This document shows positions 10,901 through 21,529 of a stretch of DNA of 64,000 nucleotides, piece after piece (the first letter of the stretch is position 1; each line of letters starts with the position of its first letter). A program made the position numbers and the translations under genes. A model generated the notes under the pieces. The model had not been told where the DNA came from and did no database searches. It saw only the letters and a program-made list of their open reading frames with translations. Origin of the DNA: Deinococcus sp. (GTDB lineage: Bacteria; Deinococcota; Deinococci; Deinococcales; Deinococcaceae); the NCBI GenBank assembly GCA_965261005.1, contig OZ253375.1:416001-480000 (forward strand), read 5' to 3'.

Positions 10901-11275
10901 GGTGCCGCGCAGCGCCCCCTGCACCTCGCGCGCGCGCGCCGGGCGGCCCATCACGTCCTGTTCGCCGTCGCCGCCGGCGTAGACCCGCCGGGCCAAGTTG
11001 AGCCGGGGGCGCGCCGGCGAGGCGCGCAGTTCGAGGATCACCTCCGCCAAGCCCAGCGGCGCGAGGCCCCCCGCGCCGTGAAAGATCAGCTCACGGCCGC
11101 GCGCGGCGCGCAACTCGCGCGCCCGCGCGCCGTGCGTGACCCAGCGGATCGCCTCCACCAGGTTGCTCTTGCCGCTGCCGTTGGGACCGATCACCGCGCA
11201 GATGCCGCCGTCAAACTCCAAGCGGACCTTGCCCGCGAAGCTCTTGAAGCCTTGCAGCGAGAGGGCGGCGATCAC
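7931..11275 (-). CDS. smc: Chromosome segregation SMC family ATPase
   Basis: GFKSF, Walker A GPNGSGKSN, long coiled coils, hinge (GAVADVL..ALGRRLEQVVV..GGRATFLPL), LSAGE, Walker B LDEVDAPLDEAN. Confidence 0.9.
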   Translation of the reverse strand: MIAALSLQGFKSFAGKVRLEFDGGICAVIGPNGSGKSNLVEAIRWVTHGARARELRAARGRELIFHGAGGLAPLGLAEVILELRASPARPRLNLARRVYAGGDGEQDVMGRPARAREVQGALRGTGLGPGGLAVIGQGEVSGVVHADGATLLGYLEEAAGLSGGRHMRGETRAQLHAAEVSLEGARLLEEERAARACTLRREADAAQAARALRARELALEDTLARARRRGLMGEIAQLCARVAELRTQSAAVAGRLTEAQSAQAAAREALGALRAQVAARAALHSALSAADGAARQAASYLDHLRAEESRLSAELASLGMTALDVVAPTPGPPPDLNALRAQLDAHGRAAEALEREVRVDELQLTRLRAEHVRRQDARARAETARDTLQSELVRAEAALAAAETARHAAQALQAEAQLATAAAERASAAHDLERSHSGAREVTARLQAVLAASGPLTRERDHLARLTASFARYGEGARNALRAGEDGVMGAVADVLTVPPEFELAVTAALGRRLEQVVVRDTEVARQVIERLKREGGRATFLPLDLLRVRPRRAGAFLRAAGVLGNLADLCFSQPGVVAEALLGDTLLLRDLRAAAQLARAHAARPRLVTPEGELIEPGGALSGGQPRDAGANHLADARRLTELDTELRGLQLERDDLTAKAARHGAEARVLEGRLATSAALQRAATSAAREAARAQDAAEATVQAARTRRDELHSQLHSRLHGRLHHQPRGAPETAPGGEAADLPAAEARHARRQGELHARRADERAAQHALSEARELVRAHEAARAARSRAAQLEARRAVLTAQLADQAALAKEAQLEARRRRTAWEEQAGLDDALSATERQLAEWTGIHTSLARRQNELRATLEETRLTLARREALLEDVPPGAELPGDARGWPAELARVRGERARLGPVNDRAEAEYARAEAELSALARERQDAEDAASELRAALAALEREAGAQLGDAHARVRRAYGEYVRELLGGVGELEAAYDEAGLPCGLQLSVQPGGKRTRAMHLLSAGERTMAGLAFLFALGHAAEDRGLALAVLDEVDAPLDEANIRRFTHFLTRFAARGTQFILVTHQKATMEVADALWGVTTGGDGASRALSIRRAGEVTS

Positions 11276-11300
11276 GCTGTACGGGTGGACACGTGCCTAC

Positions 11301-11846
11301 TCACAGTTTGCAGTCGTCCTTGGTGTAGGCGGGGCGCAGATCGAGGTGGCCCAGCAGCGTGTCGGCGCTTTTGCCGGCCACCAAGAAGCTGACGTCACGC
11401 GCCGAACCGGCGTCGATCAGGGTGTTGACCATGCTGCACAGCAACATCTGTTCGCCGCTGGTGCCGTAGTTGAGCCGGGTATAGGCGGCCGGCAAGTTGA
11501 TCAAAGCGTGTTCGCCGCTCAGCCACACCTGCGGCGTCTCCCCCGCCGGCAGGGCGCGCAAGCCGCCCTGTTTGGGGCCGGCGACCAGCGCCCCCAGGGC
11601 CGCTTGGGCCGTCGCTTGCGGCGTCGCGCGCGCCACCGGCACGGCCCGCTCCTCGGTGCGGTAGCCCTCGACCTGGGCGTCGCTGAAGTACAGCGTGAGC
11701 CGTTGGGCCGCGCCCGCTTGGCCTTGGGCGACGGTGGGCACCTGCGGCGTGGCGGGCGGGCGCCCCACCCAGGTCCAAGTCGCCCACGCCAGCAGCAGCA
11801 GCAGCAACGCGATCACGTTGAAGGGACTCAACACCCTTTTGATCAC
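11301..11846 (-). CDS. GerMN domain-containing membrane-anchored protein
   Basis: N-terminal TM helix, LTLYF, ALGALVAGP, SMVNTL, VSFLVAGK...L.GH.DL..P. Confidence 0.85.
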   Translation of the reverse strand: MIKRVLSPFNVIALLLLLLAWATWTWVGRPPATPQVPTVAQGQAGAAQRLTLYFSDAQVEGYRTEERAVPVARATPQATAQAALGALVAGPKQGGLRALPAGETPQVWLSGEHALINLPAAYTRLNYGTSGEQMLLCSMVNTLIDAGSARDVSFLVAGKSADTLLGHLDLRPAYTKDDCKL

Positions 11847-13258
11847 GTGCCGCCCTCCTGTTCGGCGCGCGCCGACAGGTAGCTGGCCACGCCGCGCGCC
11901 AGCGCGGTGGCCAGCTTGCTCAGGGCCGCGCGGTCGCGCAGCCGCGCCGCGTCGGCGCCGTTTTGCGCCCAGCCGAGTTCGATCAGCAGCGCCGCGTGCG
12001 GCGCCTCGCGCAGCGCCAGCAGTTGGCTTTGTTGCTGAACGCGCACCTTGAGGTTGAGGGCGCTGAGTTCACCCCTCACCAGCTGCGACAGCCGGCGCTG
12101 CTCGCCGTCGCCGCCCACCGCCAAGCGGCTCAGCGTTCCCGGCGCGCCGTCCGCGCGCACGGCGTCGGTCAAGGTGAGGCCGCTGTCGCCGCGCCCCTCG
12201 TACAAGGTGACGCCCCCAGCCGCCGCCCCCGGCAAGCTGGCCACCTCCACACTGAGAAACACGTCGCTGGAGCGCGCCGCCGCTGCGCGCTCCAGCGGGC
12301 TGGCCGGCTCGGCGCCGCCGCGGGTCAAACGGACTTGCCAGCCCGCTTGGGTCAGCAGATCGCCCACCGCGCGCGCGACCTCCAGCGTTACGTCGCCGGG
12401 CAGGCTTCCGGGTGAGTTCGGCGCCCCCAGCAGGGGATCGAGCACGATCAGCGGCCGGCGCAGCTTGGCCTGTAAGGCCGGCAGCTGGAGCGGAACGCCC
12501 GGCCCCACGTCGAGCACCACACCCGTCTGTACAGTGCCCGCTTGGCCAGTGCCCGCTTGGCCCGGGGTGATTGGCGGGGCGGCGTAGGCGCGAAAGCCGC
12601 TGCCGCCCGGCAGCGGCGCGCTGACGACCAAGTCCCCGTTTTCGCGCCGCACCCGCACGCGCGGCAAGTAGTGCCCGCTGGTCGAGTAGGTCTGCTCCGC
12701 GCCGCTGACCCCTGGCAAGACCAGTTCCAGGCGATTGCCCACCAAGCGTGTGGAAAAGCTGGCGTCGCCCTTCAGTTCGAGGACCAGCCGGTCCGACCCT
12801 TCGCCGGCGCGCGACGCCACGCCGGTGAGGCGCGCCGGCGGCAAGCTCAGGCGCCCAGGGGCGTAGTCCGCCCCGAGACCGCGCGCCAGCGTGTCGAGGG
12901 GCAGGTACAAGTGGTCGTGGATCAAGGTGGCGGTGCGGGCGTTCACCCGCGCGGTGTCGAGTTGCACGGTGGCCCCACCCGAGGCCGCGCGGCGCGCGTC
13001 GGCGTCGAGCGGCAGCAGCAGCGCGTGCCCAAAGCCCCGCACCCGGATCAGGTCGCCGTCCCGCTCGATCTTGAGCCGCCCCGTCAGCACGCTGTCGCGG
13101 GCGTACTCGGCGCCCCCCAGCAACACCGAGGGCGCCGACTTGCCGAACAGCGTGACGGTCGAGAAGTGCAGTTGGGCCGCCGCGAGGCCCGACAGGGCCA
13201 GCCAGCCCAAAACCGCACAGCCCAAAACCGCGCAGGTTTTCCTGAACGCCGTCATCAC
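11843..13258 (-). CDS. Secreted protein with AMIN-like and degenerate Amidase_3 (N-acetylmuramoyl-L-alanine amidase) domain
   Basis: Signal peptide, RLVLEL, IVLDP, VRLTR, DVFLSV, ALLIELG; Zn-ligand histidines appear replaced. Confidence 0.75.
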   Translation of the reverse strand: MMTAFRKTCAVLGCAVLGWLALSGLAAAQLHFSTVTLFGKSAPSVLLGGAEYARDSVLTGRLKIERDGDLIRVRGFGHALLLPLDADARRAASGGATVQLDTARVNARTATLIHDHLYLPLDTLARGLGADYAPGRLSLPPARLTGVASRAGEGSDRLVLELKGDASFSTRLVGNRLELVLPGVSGAEQTYSTSGHYLPRVRVRRENGDLVVSAPLPGGSGFRAYAAPPITPGQAGTGQAGTVQTGVVLDVGPGVPLQLPALQAKLRRPLIVLDPLLGAPNSPGSLPGDVTLEVARAVGDLLTQAGWQVRLTRGGAEPASPLERAAAARSSDVFLSVEVASLPGAAAGGVTLYEGRGDSGLTLTDAVRADGAPGTLSRLAVGGDGEQRRLSQLVRGELSALNLKVRVQQQSQLLALREAPHAALLIELGWAQNGADAARLRDRAALSKLATALARGVASYLSARAEQEGGT

Positions 13259-13677
13259 GCCTCGCGCATTTCGCGGCGCGCCTCGCGCTCGCGCTCGCTG
13301 CGCCGCTTGTCGTGTAGCTGCTTACCGCGCGCCAGCGCCAGCTCGACTTTGTAGCGGCGTCCCTTTTGGTACAGCCGCACCGGCACCAAGGTCAGGCCCT
13401 TTTGCGATAGGGCGCGCTCCAGCTTGAGAATTTCCTGGCGATGCAGCAACAAGCGGCGTTTACGGCGCGGCTCGTGGTTGTTGTACGAGGCGTCTTTGTA
13501 GGGGGGAATGTAGAGGCCTTCGAGTTCGACGTTGTGACGCTCGACGCGGGCGTAGGCGTCGCGGAAGTCGATGCCCCCCTCGCGCACGCTCCTGGCCTCG
13601 CTGCCGGTCAGGGCGATGCCGGCCTCGAGGGTGTCGAGCAGTTCGTACTCGAAGCGGGCGCGGCGGTTGACGTACAC
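13255..13677 (-). CDS. smpB: SsrA-binding protein SmpB
   Basis: NRRARFEY, EAGIALTGSE, RKRRLLLHRQEI, LARGKQLHDKR. Confidence 0.97.
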   Translation of the reverse strand: MYVNRRARFEYELLDTLEAGIALTGSEARSVREGGIDFRDAYARVERHNVELEGLYIPPYKDASYNNHEPRRKRRLLLHRQEILKLERALSQKGLTLVPVRLYQKGRRYKVELALARGKQLHDKRRSEREREARREMREA

Positions 13678-13700
13678 GCGCGCATTGTAGCAGGCGGAAC

Positions 13701-13841
13701 TTAAAGCGTTTGTCAGAAGTATTGAGTGCTTTCTTCAATACTTCCCGAGTGGAACGAGTAGCAATAGGAGGGCATTTGGCAATGGCATGGAGCGGCGTAG
13801 GCGGAGCCGGAGCCGCGCAATACAATTGCCAAATGCCTTAA
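13701..13841. mobile_element. ~140-bp MITE-like small repeat (Deinococcus SRE/SNR-like)
   Basis: AT-rich island with imperfect terminal inverted repeats (TTAAAGCGTTTGTCA vs TTAAGGCATTTGGCA, 12/15), TTAA at both ends, internal hairpins 13716-13744 and 13771-13837. Confidence 0.6.
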
Positions 13842-15271
13842 AGGTCCCAGCGGCGCTGGCGTCCGGCGCGCAGGGCCAGGATCAGCCCGAGAACGCACGC
13901 GGCCAGCGCCGGCCGGTCGCCCCAGCGGACGTAGGGGGTCAGGCCCTTCAGGTAGGCGAAGCGGGCGTGGATCACGCCGGAACCGGGGCCGGCGTCCTCC
14001 TGGCGCACCCGGCCAAGCGGGTCGATCACGGCCGCAATGCCGTCGTTGACCGACCTGAGCACGAAGCGCCGGGTCTCGATGGCGCGCAGGCGGCCCATCT
14101 GAAAGTGCTGCCGCACCCCCAGGCTGTTGCCGTAGTAGCCGTCGTTGGACACGTTGACCAACACCCCGGCCCCGCCGCGCGTGAGGGCGGCCGTGACGCG
14201 GCCGAACACGCTGTCGTAGCAGATGTAGGTGCCGTAGCTGTGGCCGCCGAGGTCGAGCGGCCGGGGACGTGTGCCTGCCAAGGTGGCCTCCAGCGGCGGC
14301 AAGCCGAGCAGGGCGAACACCGCGTTGTAAGCGCGCCGCGCCGGCACGAGCAGCGGGAAATACTCGCCGAAGGGCACCGGCTGGGCCTTGTCGTACTGGC
14401 CGAGGGTGTGGGCGCCGTTCCAACCGACGGCGCTGTTGCGCTCGGTCAGGCGGATGCCCAGCAGCATGGGGCGCCGGGGCAGCAGCGCCCGCTGATCGTC
14501 AAAGGGGCGCCCGTCGATGGCGGTCTCGGACCAGATCAGCAGCTCGTCCGGCTGCGCCGCGCGCGACAGGCGCAGCATCTCGGCGAGCTGAATGGTGCCG
14601 TCCGAGCCGCTCGCCTTGTCAAAGGAGTCGAAATTGGTGCGCAGCAGCAAGGCTTGGCCCGGCTCGCCGGCGCGCTCGTTGCGGGTCAGGCCGTAGGCCA
14701 GCGAGGCGCCCCACAGCGCGGCGATCCACAGCAGCGGACGCCACGCGCCGCGCGCCAAGGCGATAAGGGCGGCGGCGCTCAGGGTCACCAACAGCGAGAG
14801 CGCCAGCACCCCACCCAAGTCCGCGATCTGCGCGGCCGGGGTGGGCAGCAGGGTGTAGCCCAGGGTGCCCCACGGAAAGGCCGGCGGCCCCAAATGCTTC
14901 AGCCACTCCAGCAGCGCCCAGCCGAAGGCGAGCAGCCACACCCGCGGCAGCGCCCTCCCCGTGGCGCGCGAGCACAGCCAGCCGAGCGCGGCCCAAAAGA
15001 GCGCCTCAAGGGCGTACAGCGGCAAAAACATCACGGCGCCGAAGGGGCCGAAGCCCGCCCCGAAGCTGGCCGGCAGCCAGTAGAGCGTGGCGGTAAAAAA
15101 GGCCAAACCGGCCCAAAACAGCCGCGCGGCGCCTGCCGTGGGCCGCGCGGGCTGGGCGGCGTAGGCGAACAAGGCCGCCAGCGGCAAGGGGCTGAGCCAA
15201 CTCCAGGGATACGGCAGGCCGCATAGCGCCAGCAAGGCGCCCAGCGCGAGGGACATCAGGGCAGAACGCAC
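13838..15271 (-). CDS. lnt: Apolipoprotein N-acyltransferase
   Basis: Multi-TM N-terminus, FPWGTLGY, WSETA, YDK..PVPFGEY.P, ICYDS, VNVSNDG, RAIETRR. Confidence 0.93.
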   Translation of the reverse strand: MRSALMSLALGALLALCGLPYPWSWLSPLPLAALFAYAAQPARPTAGAARLFWAGLAFFTATLYWLPASFGAGFGPFGAVMFLPLYALEALFWAALGWLCSRATGRALPRVWLLAFGWALLEWLKHLGPPAFPWGTLGYTLLPTPAAQIADLGGVLALSLLVTLSAAALIALARGAWRPLLWIAALWGASLAYGLTRNERAGEPGQALLLRTNFDSFDKASGSDGTIQLAEMLRLSRAAQPDELLIWSETAIDGRPFDDQRALLPRRPMLLGIRLTERNSAVGWNGAHTLGQYDKAQPVPFGEYFPLLVPARRAYNAVFALLGLPPLEATLAGTRPRPLDLGGHSYGTYICYDSVFGRVTAALTRGGAGVLVNVSNDGYYGNSLGVRQHFQMGRLRAIETRRFVLRSVNDGIAAVIDPLGRVRQEDAGPGSGVIHARFAYLKGLTPYVRWGDRPALAACVLGLILALRAGRQRRWDL

Positions 15272-15361
15272 CCGGTCACTCTAGCGCCCGAATTTGAGGA
15301 GCGCCCGAGTTTGAGTTTTCTCCCTTCGTGAGCGCAGGATGTGGTGTAGCCTGAGCGTACC

Positions 15362-16066
15362 TTGCGACTGGCCTTTTTGAGCGACATTCACGGCAACATT
15401 CACGCCCTCAGCGCGGTGCAGCGCTTTTTGAGCGAGGAGCAGGTCGAGTCGGTGGTGATTCTGGGCGATCTGGTGGGGTACGGCGCCTCGCCGGGGGCGG
15501 TGATCGACCTGGTGCAGCGCGCCGGCTGGGTGAGCGCCTTGGGGTCCAGCGACGCGCGGGCCGCCTTTGAGTTCGCCGAGCGCGGCGCGCGCGCCGGGGT
15601 GGCCGAGCAGACCTTGACCTGGACCCGCGGCATGCTTTCGGGCGAGCAAATGGACTTTTTGCGCCGGCTGCCCACCGGCGGGCGCATTATGACCAAGCTG
15701 GGCCGGGTGCGCTACTTCCACGGCTCGCCGCACGACCCGGACTCACGCCTGGACTTGATGGGCGAGGACCGCGACCTCAGCTTCGTGCTGGAGAATCTGG
15801 GCGCCAAGGTGGTCGTCTGCGGCGGAACCCATGTGCCGTACTTTCGCAAGGTGGAGGGTGGCCTCTTCATCGATCCCGGCTCGGTCGGGCTGTCGCTCAA
15901 CCGCGAGCCGGGCGCGGACGTCGCCATTCTCGACATCCTCGATCAGGAGGTGAAGGTCCATCTGCACAAGGTCGCCTACGATTACCACGCCGCCGCCTTC
16001 GATATCGTCGCGTGGGACCTGCCCCCGGTGATCGCCGATGTGATCAAGACGGGGTGTATGGGGTGA
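15362..16066 (+). CDS. Metallophosphoesterase (YfcE/calcineurin-like)
   Basis: [23 protein letters not shown]; the usual GNHD and GHTH motifs read GSSD and GGTH. Confidence 0.85.
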   Translation: MRLAFLSDIHGNIHALSAVQRFLSEEQVESVVILGDLVGYGASPGAVIDLVQRAGWVSALGSSDARAAFEFAERGARAGVAEQTLTWTRGMLSGEQMDFLRRLPTGGRIMTKLGRVRYFHGSPHDPDSRLDLMGEDRDLSFVLENLGAKVVVCGGTHVPYFRKVEGGLFIDPGSVGLSLNREPGADVAILDILDQEVKVHLHKVAYDYHAAAFDIVAWDLPPVIADVIKTGCMG

Positions 16067-16679
16067 GCAGGCGCTCAAGGCGTGTTCGTACGCCCGGCCA
16101 CTCCCCTTGCAGAATGCTGTACATGGCGCTGTCGCGCACGCCGCCGTCCGCCGCCGGAACGTGGGCGCGCAGCAGACCGTCCAGGTGGGCGCCCAGGCGC
16201 TCTATGGCGGCGCGTGAGGTTGTGTTGCGGGCGTCGGTCTTGAGGGTGACGCGCCGCACTTGCCAAGTTTCAAAGGCGTGCTTTAGCATCAACAGCTTGG
16301 CCTCGGTGTTGACGCCGCTTCCTCGGGCCTGTGGGATCAGCCAGGTCGCCCCGATCTCGACGGCGTCGAGTTCGCCGCTTCTGTGTTGCCAATTCCAGCG
16401 CTCGGCGTTCAGAAAGCGGGTGGAGCCGAGCGCTTCGCCCGTCCGCGCGCCGAGGGTGATGAGGGGGAGGGCTGAGCCACGCGTCCAGTCGTCGAGGGCG
16501 CTCTCCACGTAGGCGCGCGTGGCGCTCTCCCCCGCCGGTACGTTGGTCAGGTCGTAGCCGGAACGGTCGTGGGCCGCGATCTCGGCCAGGGCCGGGATGT
16601 GTGACAGATCCAGAGGTTCGAGCCGGACCAGGGCGCCTTGCAGGGTGACCGGTTGTAGGGTGACCGGGGCCAACCTCAT
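16044..16679 (-). CDS. GNAT family N-acetyltransferase (RimJ/RimL-like)
   Basis: [49 protein letters not shown]. Confidence 0.9.
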   Translation of the reverse strand: MRLAPVTLQPVTLQGALVRLEPLDLSHIPALAEIAAHDRSGYDLTNVPAGESATRAYVESALDDWTRGSALPLITLGARTGEALGSTRFLNAERWNWQHRSGELDAVEIGATWLIPQARGSGVNTEAKLLMLKHAFETWQVRRVTLKTDARNTTSRAAIERLGAHLDGLLRAHVPAADGGVRDSAMYSILQGEWPGVRTRLERLLTPYTPS

Positions 16680-17269
16680 TCGCGCTCGCGCATCAGCCCG
16701 GCGGTGTCGCGCTCGTGCTGGTGGGGGCTGTTGGCGAGGTGGCGGGCGACGTTTTTTCGGTCCTGGTCTCCCTTGTTCTGGCTCAGCTTGAATTTGCCCT
16801 CTAAGCGGGCGACGCGCACTTCGAAGGTGACCACGCCGGCCAGCAGGCGGGTCTCGAAGTCGGCTGGAATGGGTGGCGCGTCCGGCGTGTGGGCGGCCAG
16901 CAGGCGGCGGGCGAGGGCGCGCTCGGCCTCGCCCCCGACAAGGCGCGCCTCACCGTAGGCGTGGACGGCGGCGTAGTTCCAGGTGGGAACGTTGGGGGCG
17001 CTGGCATACCAAGCGCTGTTCACCAGGGCGTGCGGTCCCTGAAAGACGGCCAGCACCTCCGCCTCCCCGAAGTGCCGCCACTGGGGGTTGGCACGCGCGA
17101 GGTGCGAGCGCAGGTAGAGTTGGCCGCCTTCCTCTTCGGTCAGCAGGGGCAGGTGGGTGGCGAAGGGGACGCCGTTCGGGGCCGTGACCAGGGTGGCGAA
17201 GGGGTAGGCGCGCATCAGCTGAAGTTGGGTGGCGCGGTCGTCCTCGCGGGCGTAGGCGGGCAGGTACAT
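16676..17269 (-). CDS. PaiB-family FMN-binding negative transcriptional regulator
   Basis: MYLP, PFATLVT, ATHLP, HLARANPQW, VPTWNY.AVH, GKFKLSQNK; start moved to ATG 17269. Confidence 0.9.
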   Translation of the reverse strand: MYLPAYAREDDRATQLQLMRAYPFATLVTAPNGVPFATHLPLLTEEEGGQLYLRSHLARANPQWRHFGEAEVLAVFQGPHALVNSAWYASAPNVPTWNYAAVHAYGEARLVGGEAERALARRLLAAHTPDAPPIPADFETRLLAGVVTFEVRVARLEGKFKLSQNKGDQDRKNVARHLANSPHQHERDTAGLMRERE

Positions 17270-17282
17270 CAGCCACTTCCTT

Positions 17283-18425
17283 TCATACAACCGGCACGCC
17301 CAGGGCGTCCTCGAAGCGGGCCGGCAGGTCGGGCGCCCTCAGCAGCTCGCCGAGTTCGGCCATCAAGCGGCGGTAGGGGGCCGGGCGGGCGGCCTCGCCC
17401 ATCAGGCCCAGGCGCCACATCAAACCGGCGGTGGGGCCGAGGCCCCCCGCCACGCTGACGCCGCGCGTTCTCAGCTCGGCGCGCACTTGGGCGTCGTCGA
17501 GGCCCGGCGGCAGCCGCAGCGCCAGCACGCTGGGCAGGCGGGCGGCCGGCGCGCTGACGGCGTGGGTGAAGCCCAGCGGCGCGAGGGCCGTCTCTATGGC
17601 GCTTCCGAGCCGCGCGGCCCGCTCGGCTCGCGCCGGCAGGCCCTCTTCCAAGGTGGCGCGCAGGGCGGCGTGCAGGGCGTAGTGGAGGTTGACCGGCACG
17701 GTGTGGTGGTAGGCGTGGTCTTCCCAGTACGCGCGCAAACCTCCGAAGTCGCAATACCACAGCGGCGTGGGCGCGCGGCAGGCGGCGAAGCGCGCCAGGG
17801 CGCGCCCGCTGACGGCGATGGGCGCCACCCCCGGCGGCGCTGACAGGCACTTTTGCGAGCCGGTGTAGGCGTAGTCCACGCCCCAGGCCGCCATCTCGAA
17901 GGGCTGCATGCCGGCGGTCGTCACGGCGTCCACCGCCAGCAGCGCGCCCGAGCCGCGCACGGCCTCGGCGATCCCCGGCAGTGGGTTCAGCACGCCGGTG
18001 CTGGTCTCGCCGTGGACCAGGGCGACCAGCTTGGTTCCTTTGACGGCGGCGGCCACGTCGTCCACCTTGATGGCTTGACCCGGGGGGGCGCTGACCCAGC
18101 GGATTCGCGCGCCGTAGCGGGCCGCCATCTCGGCCATGCGCTCACCAAAGGCGCCGTTGGCGCAGATGAGGACCTCGTCGCCGGCCTCTACCAGGTTGGC
18201 GAAGCCGGCCTCCATGCCCAGGCTGCCGGTGCCCGAAAGCAGCGCCGTAAAGGCGTCCGGCGCGCCGTAGAGTTGGCGCAGGTCGCGCTGAATCTCGCTG
18301 TTCAGCACGAACACCTCGGGGTCCATGTGGCCCAGCAGCGGCCGGGCCAGGGCGGCCTGGGCGCGCGGGTGAATGGGCGTGGGGCCAGGGGTGAGCAGCA
18401 CGACCTCGGACGCGAAGGGGCGCAT
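17283..18425 (-). CDS. Class V aminotransferase (alanine--glyoxylate/serine--pyruvate)
   Basis: [29 protein letters not shown] (PLP lysine). Confidence 0.92.
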   Translation of the reverse strand: MRPFASEVVLLTPGPTPIHPRAQAALARPLLGHMDPEVFVLNSEIQRDLRQLYGAPDAFTALLSGTGSLGMEAGFANLVEAGDEVLICANGAFGERMAEMAARYGARIRWVSAPPGQAIKVDDVAAAVKGTKLVALVHGETSTGVLNPLPGIAEAVRGSGALLAVDAVTTAGMQPFEMAAWGVDYAYTGSQKCLSAPPGVAPIAVSGRALARFAACRAPTPLWYCDFGGLRAYWEDHAYHHTVPVNLHYALHAALRATLEEGLPARAERAARLGSAIETALAPLGFTHAVSAPAARLPSVLALRLPPGLDDAQVRAELRTRGVSVAGGLGPTAGLMWRLGLMGEAARPAPYRRLMAELGELLRAPDLPARFEDALGVPVV

Positions 18426-18555
18426 GGGGCAGTCTAGCGTGCCGGGGTGCCAAAGCTAAAGGGCCGTTGACGTGATTGGTACAAAGGACGTCCCGGCATG
18501 CATGACCATGACTTTGGAGACGCCGCGGGTGCGGTGTCCGGCAAAGGAGGTTGGC

Positions 18556-18903
18556 ATGGCACGCAAGTGGGAGGATTACGCGAATTTGGTGCTGGGCATT
18601 TGGCTGATCATCTCGCCTTACGCCCTCAACTTCACCGGCACGGCGCGCAGCGACGCGCTGTGGGTGGGTATTTTGGTGGCGCTGGTGGCCATCTGGGCGC
18701 TGGCGGTGCCCAGCTCACAGGCGGCCGAGTGGTCCGATCTGTTGCTGGGCGCCGGCCTGTTTATCGCGCCGTGGGTGTTGGGCTTTTCCGGCGTGCCGGC
18801 GGCGTCCTGGAACGCCTGGATCGTGGGCGCGCTGATCGCCATCTTTTCGGGCGTGGCGATTCCCGACACCGCGCGCTACGGCAACCGGACGACCACCCGC
18901 TGA
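18556..18903 (+). CDS. SPW-repeat membrane protein
   Basis: Two repeats (W..LVLGIWLIISPY; W..LLLGAGLFIAPWVLGF); AAGGAGG RBS before ATG 18556. Confidence 0.85.
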   Translation: MARKWEDYANLVLGIWLIISPYALNFTGTARSDALWVGILVALVAIWALAVPSSQAAEWSDLLLGAGLFIAPWVLGFSGVPAASWNAWIVGALIAIFSGVAIPDTARYGNRTTTR

Positions 18904-18924
18904 GGGACCGTCCGCTGGGTGGTG

Positions 18925-18968
18925 AACGGGCGACCGGCCCACGCCGGTCGCCCGTTGTTCTGTTTTTT
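18925..18968 (+). terminator. Hairpin terminator between convergent genes
   Basis: 14-bp perfect stem AACGGGCGACCGGC/GCCGGTCGCCCGTT followed by a T-rich tail. Confidence 0.75.
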
Positions 18969-19480
18969 TAGCTGGTCGGGTCCACCCGCAGCCGGTTGTG
19001 GACGTCCCGCACGCCGCGCACGCTCCCGGCGAGGTCCTCGGCGCGGCGTTTGTCCGCGCGGCGCTCGACCTGGCCGGCCAGGGTGACCTCGGCGCTCTGC
19101 ACGCTCAGCTCGATGCGCGAGGCGTCCAGGTCGGCGTCGTCCGCCAAGGCTTGGCCCACGTCCTCGTGAAGGCGCTCGTCGCTGCGCTGAAAGCCGCGCG
19201 GGCCGTGCCCGTAGTGTTGGCCCACTTCGCTCATGGGCGTCAGGCGCACCGGGCCGCGCTCTTCGGCGGGGCGCTGGTTTGGGGTGCGGCGCGGCGCGGT
19301 CTCGGCCTGAGGCTTCGAGAATTGGCGGTCCCGGTTTTGGCGGTCCTCGAAGGGTCGGTTGCCGTTCCAGCGGTCCTGGACCTTGCCGGGGTGCCAATCG
19401 CCGGGGGTGCGCTGAATGGGGTTGCCGTAGATGTCCCGGCGCTCGTCGTTGCTGTGGTCGTCGCGGTCTCGCCTGGTCAT
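18968..19480 (-). CDS. BON domain-containing protein
   Basis: GHGPRGFQRSDERL.EDV, LDASRIELSV, VTLAGQV, VRGVRDVHNRL; low-complexity N-terminus. Confidence 0.88.
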   Translation of the reverse strand: MTRRDRDDHSNDERRDIYGNPIQRTPGDWHPGKVQDRWNGNRPFEDRQNRDRQFSKPQAETAPRRTPNQRPAEERGPVRLTPMSEVGQHYGHGPRGFQRSDERLHEDVGQALADDADLDASRIELSVQSAEVTLAGQVERRADKRRAEDLAGSVRGVRDVHNRLRVDPTS

Positions 19481-19550
19481 GAATTCCTCCTGTGCCTTTA
19501 AGGTAGCGGGCCGTCGGGTGGGCGGCGTGGCGAACGGCTAAAGCGGCCTT

Positions 19551-20641
<1,091 letters not shown>

Positions 20642-20645
<4 letters not shown>

Positions 20646-21490
20646 GGAAGATCGAGCGGCTCGGCCCGCCAGGTTCCCTTGGCGTCCTGCGCGAGGCGGC
20701 CGAAGGGGTGCTGGGGGTCGTGGGGAGTGGCGATGATGGCGTTCTCGGTTTCCCATTGCGGGAAGTACTGCTTGCGCACGTCCAGGGTGGTGACCGGGTA
20801 CAAATCGTAGCCCATGATGTATGGGAGGGGCGCGTGGGCCAAGGTGGGCAGCAGGTCAGCGACGTAGACGAGCGTCTTTCCTTCCGAGTGGAGCTTTACG
20901 CCTTGTTGGCCGAGGTTGTGGCCGGGCAGGGGGACGACGCTGAGGCCGGGGAGGAGTTCAGCCTCGCCTTCGGTCAGCTCGAAGAGGCCGGCATGTTCGA
21001 TGGGTTGTATATATTCAGGGCGATAGCTGGCTTGGTTGCGCTCGTTCGGGTGGGTGGCGTCATGGAGTTCTTGCGCCTGCACCACGTGGGCGGCCCGCGG
21101 GAAGGTCGGCTTGCCCTCCCCCGTCACGTTGCGCCCGGCGTGGTCGAAGTGCAGGTGGGTGTTGATGACCAGGTGAATGTCGTCCGGGGTGAGGCCCGCG
21201 CGCCTGAGGCCGCCGAACACCGTCTCGTCGCGCTCGACGGCGTAGATCGCGTCAAACTTCTCGCCGCCCCCGTCCCAAAAGCCGGTCTCGATCAGGATGT
21301 TTTTGCCCTCCAGCTGGATCAACAGCGGGTTGATGCGCAGCTGAACGCGGTTCTGGTCGTCGGGGGGACTGAGCTTTTGCCACAGGTTGCGCGGCACGAC
21401 GCCGAACATGGCGCCGCCGTCGAGGCGAAAGCGCCCGTCGGTCAGCGACGTCACGCGCGCCTTGCCAAGGGTGAGGGTGTGGTTCCACAT
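20642..21490 (-). CDS. MBL-fold metallo-hydrolase (YtnP-like)
   Basis: LDGGAMFGVVP, THLHFDHAG, PGH, MGYDLYP. Confidence 0.9.
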
Positions 21491-21529
21491 GAGGGGACTG
21501 TAGCAAGCGGCGGCCCCCTCGGCAGCCCC

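Noticed and set aside
13701..13841. tmRNA, SRP RNA or an attC site next to smpB
   Set aside because: Too short for tmRNA, with no tRNA-like ends or tag frame; no SRP loop motif; no RYYYAAC/GTTRRRY boxes.
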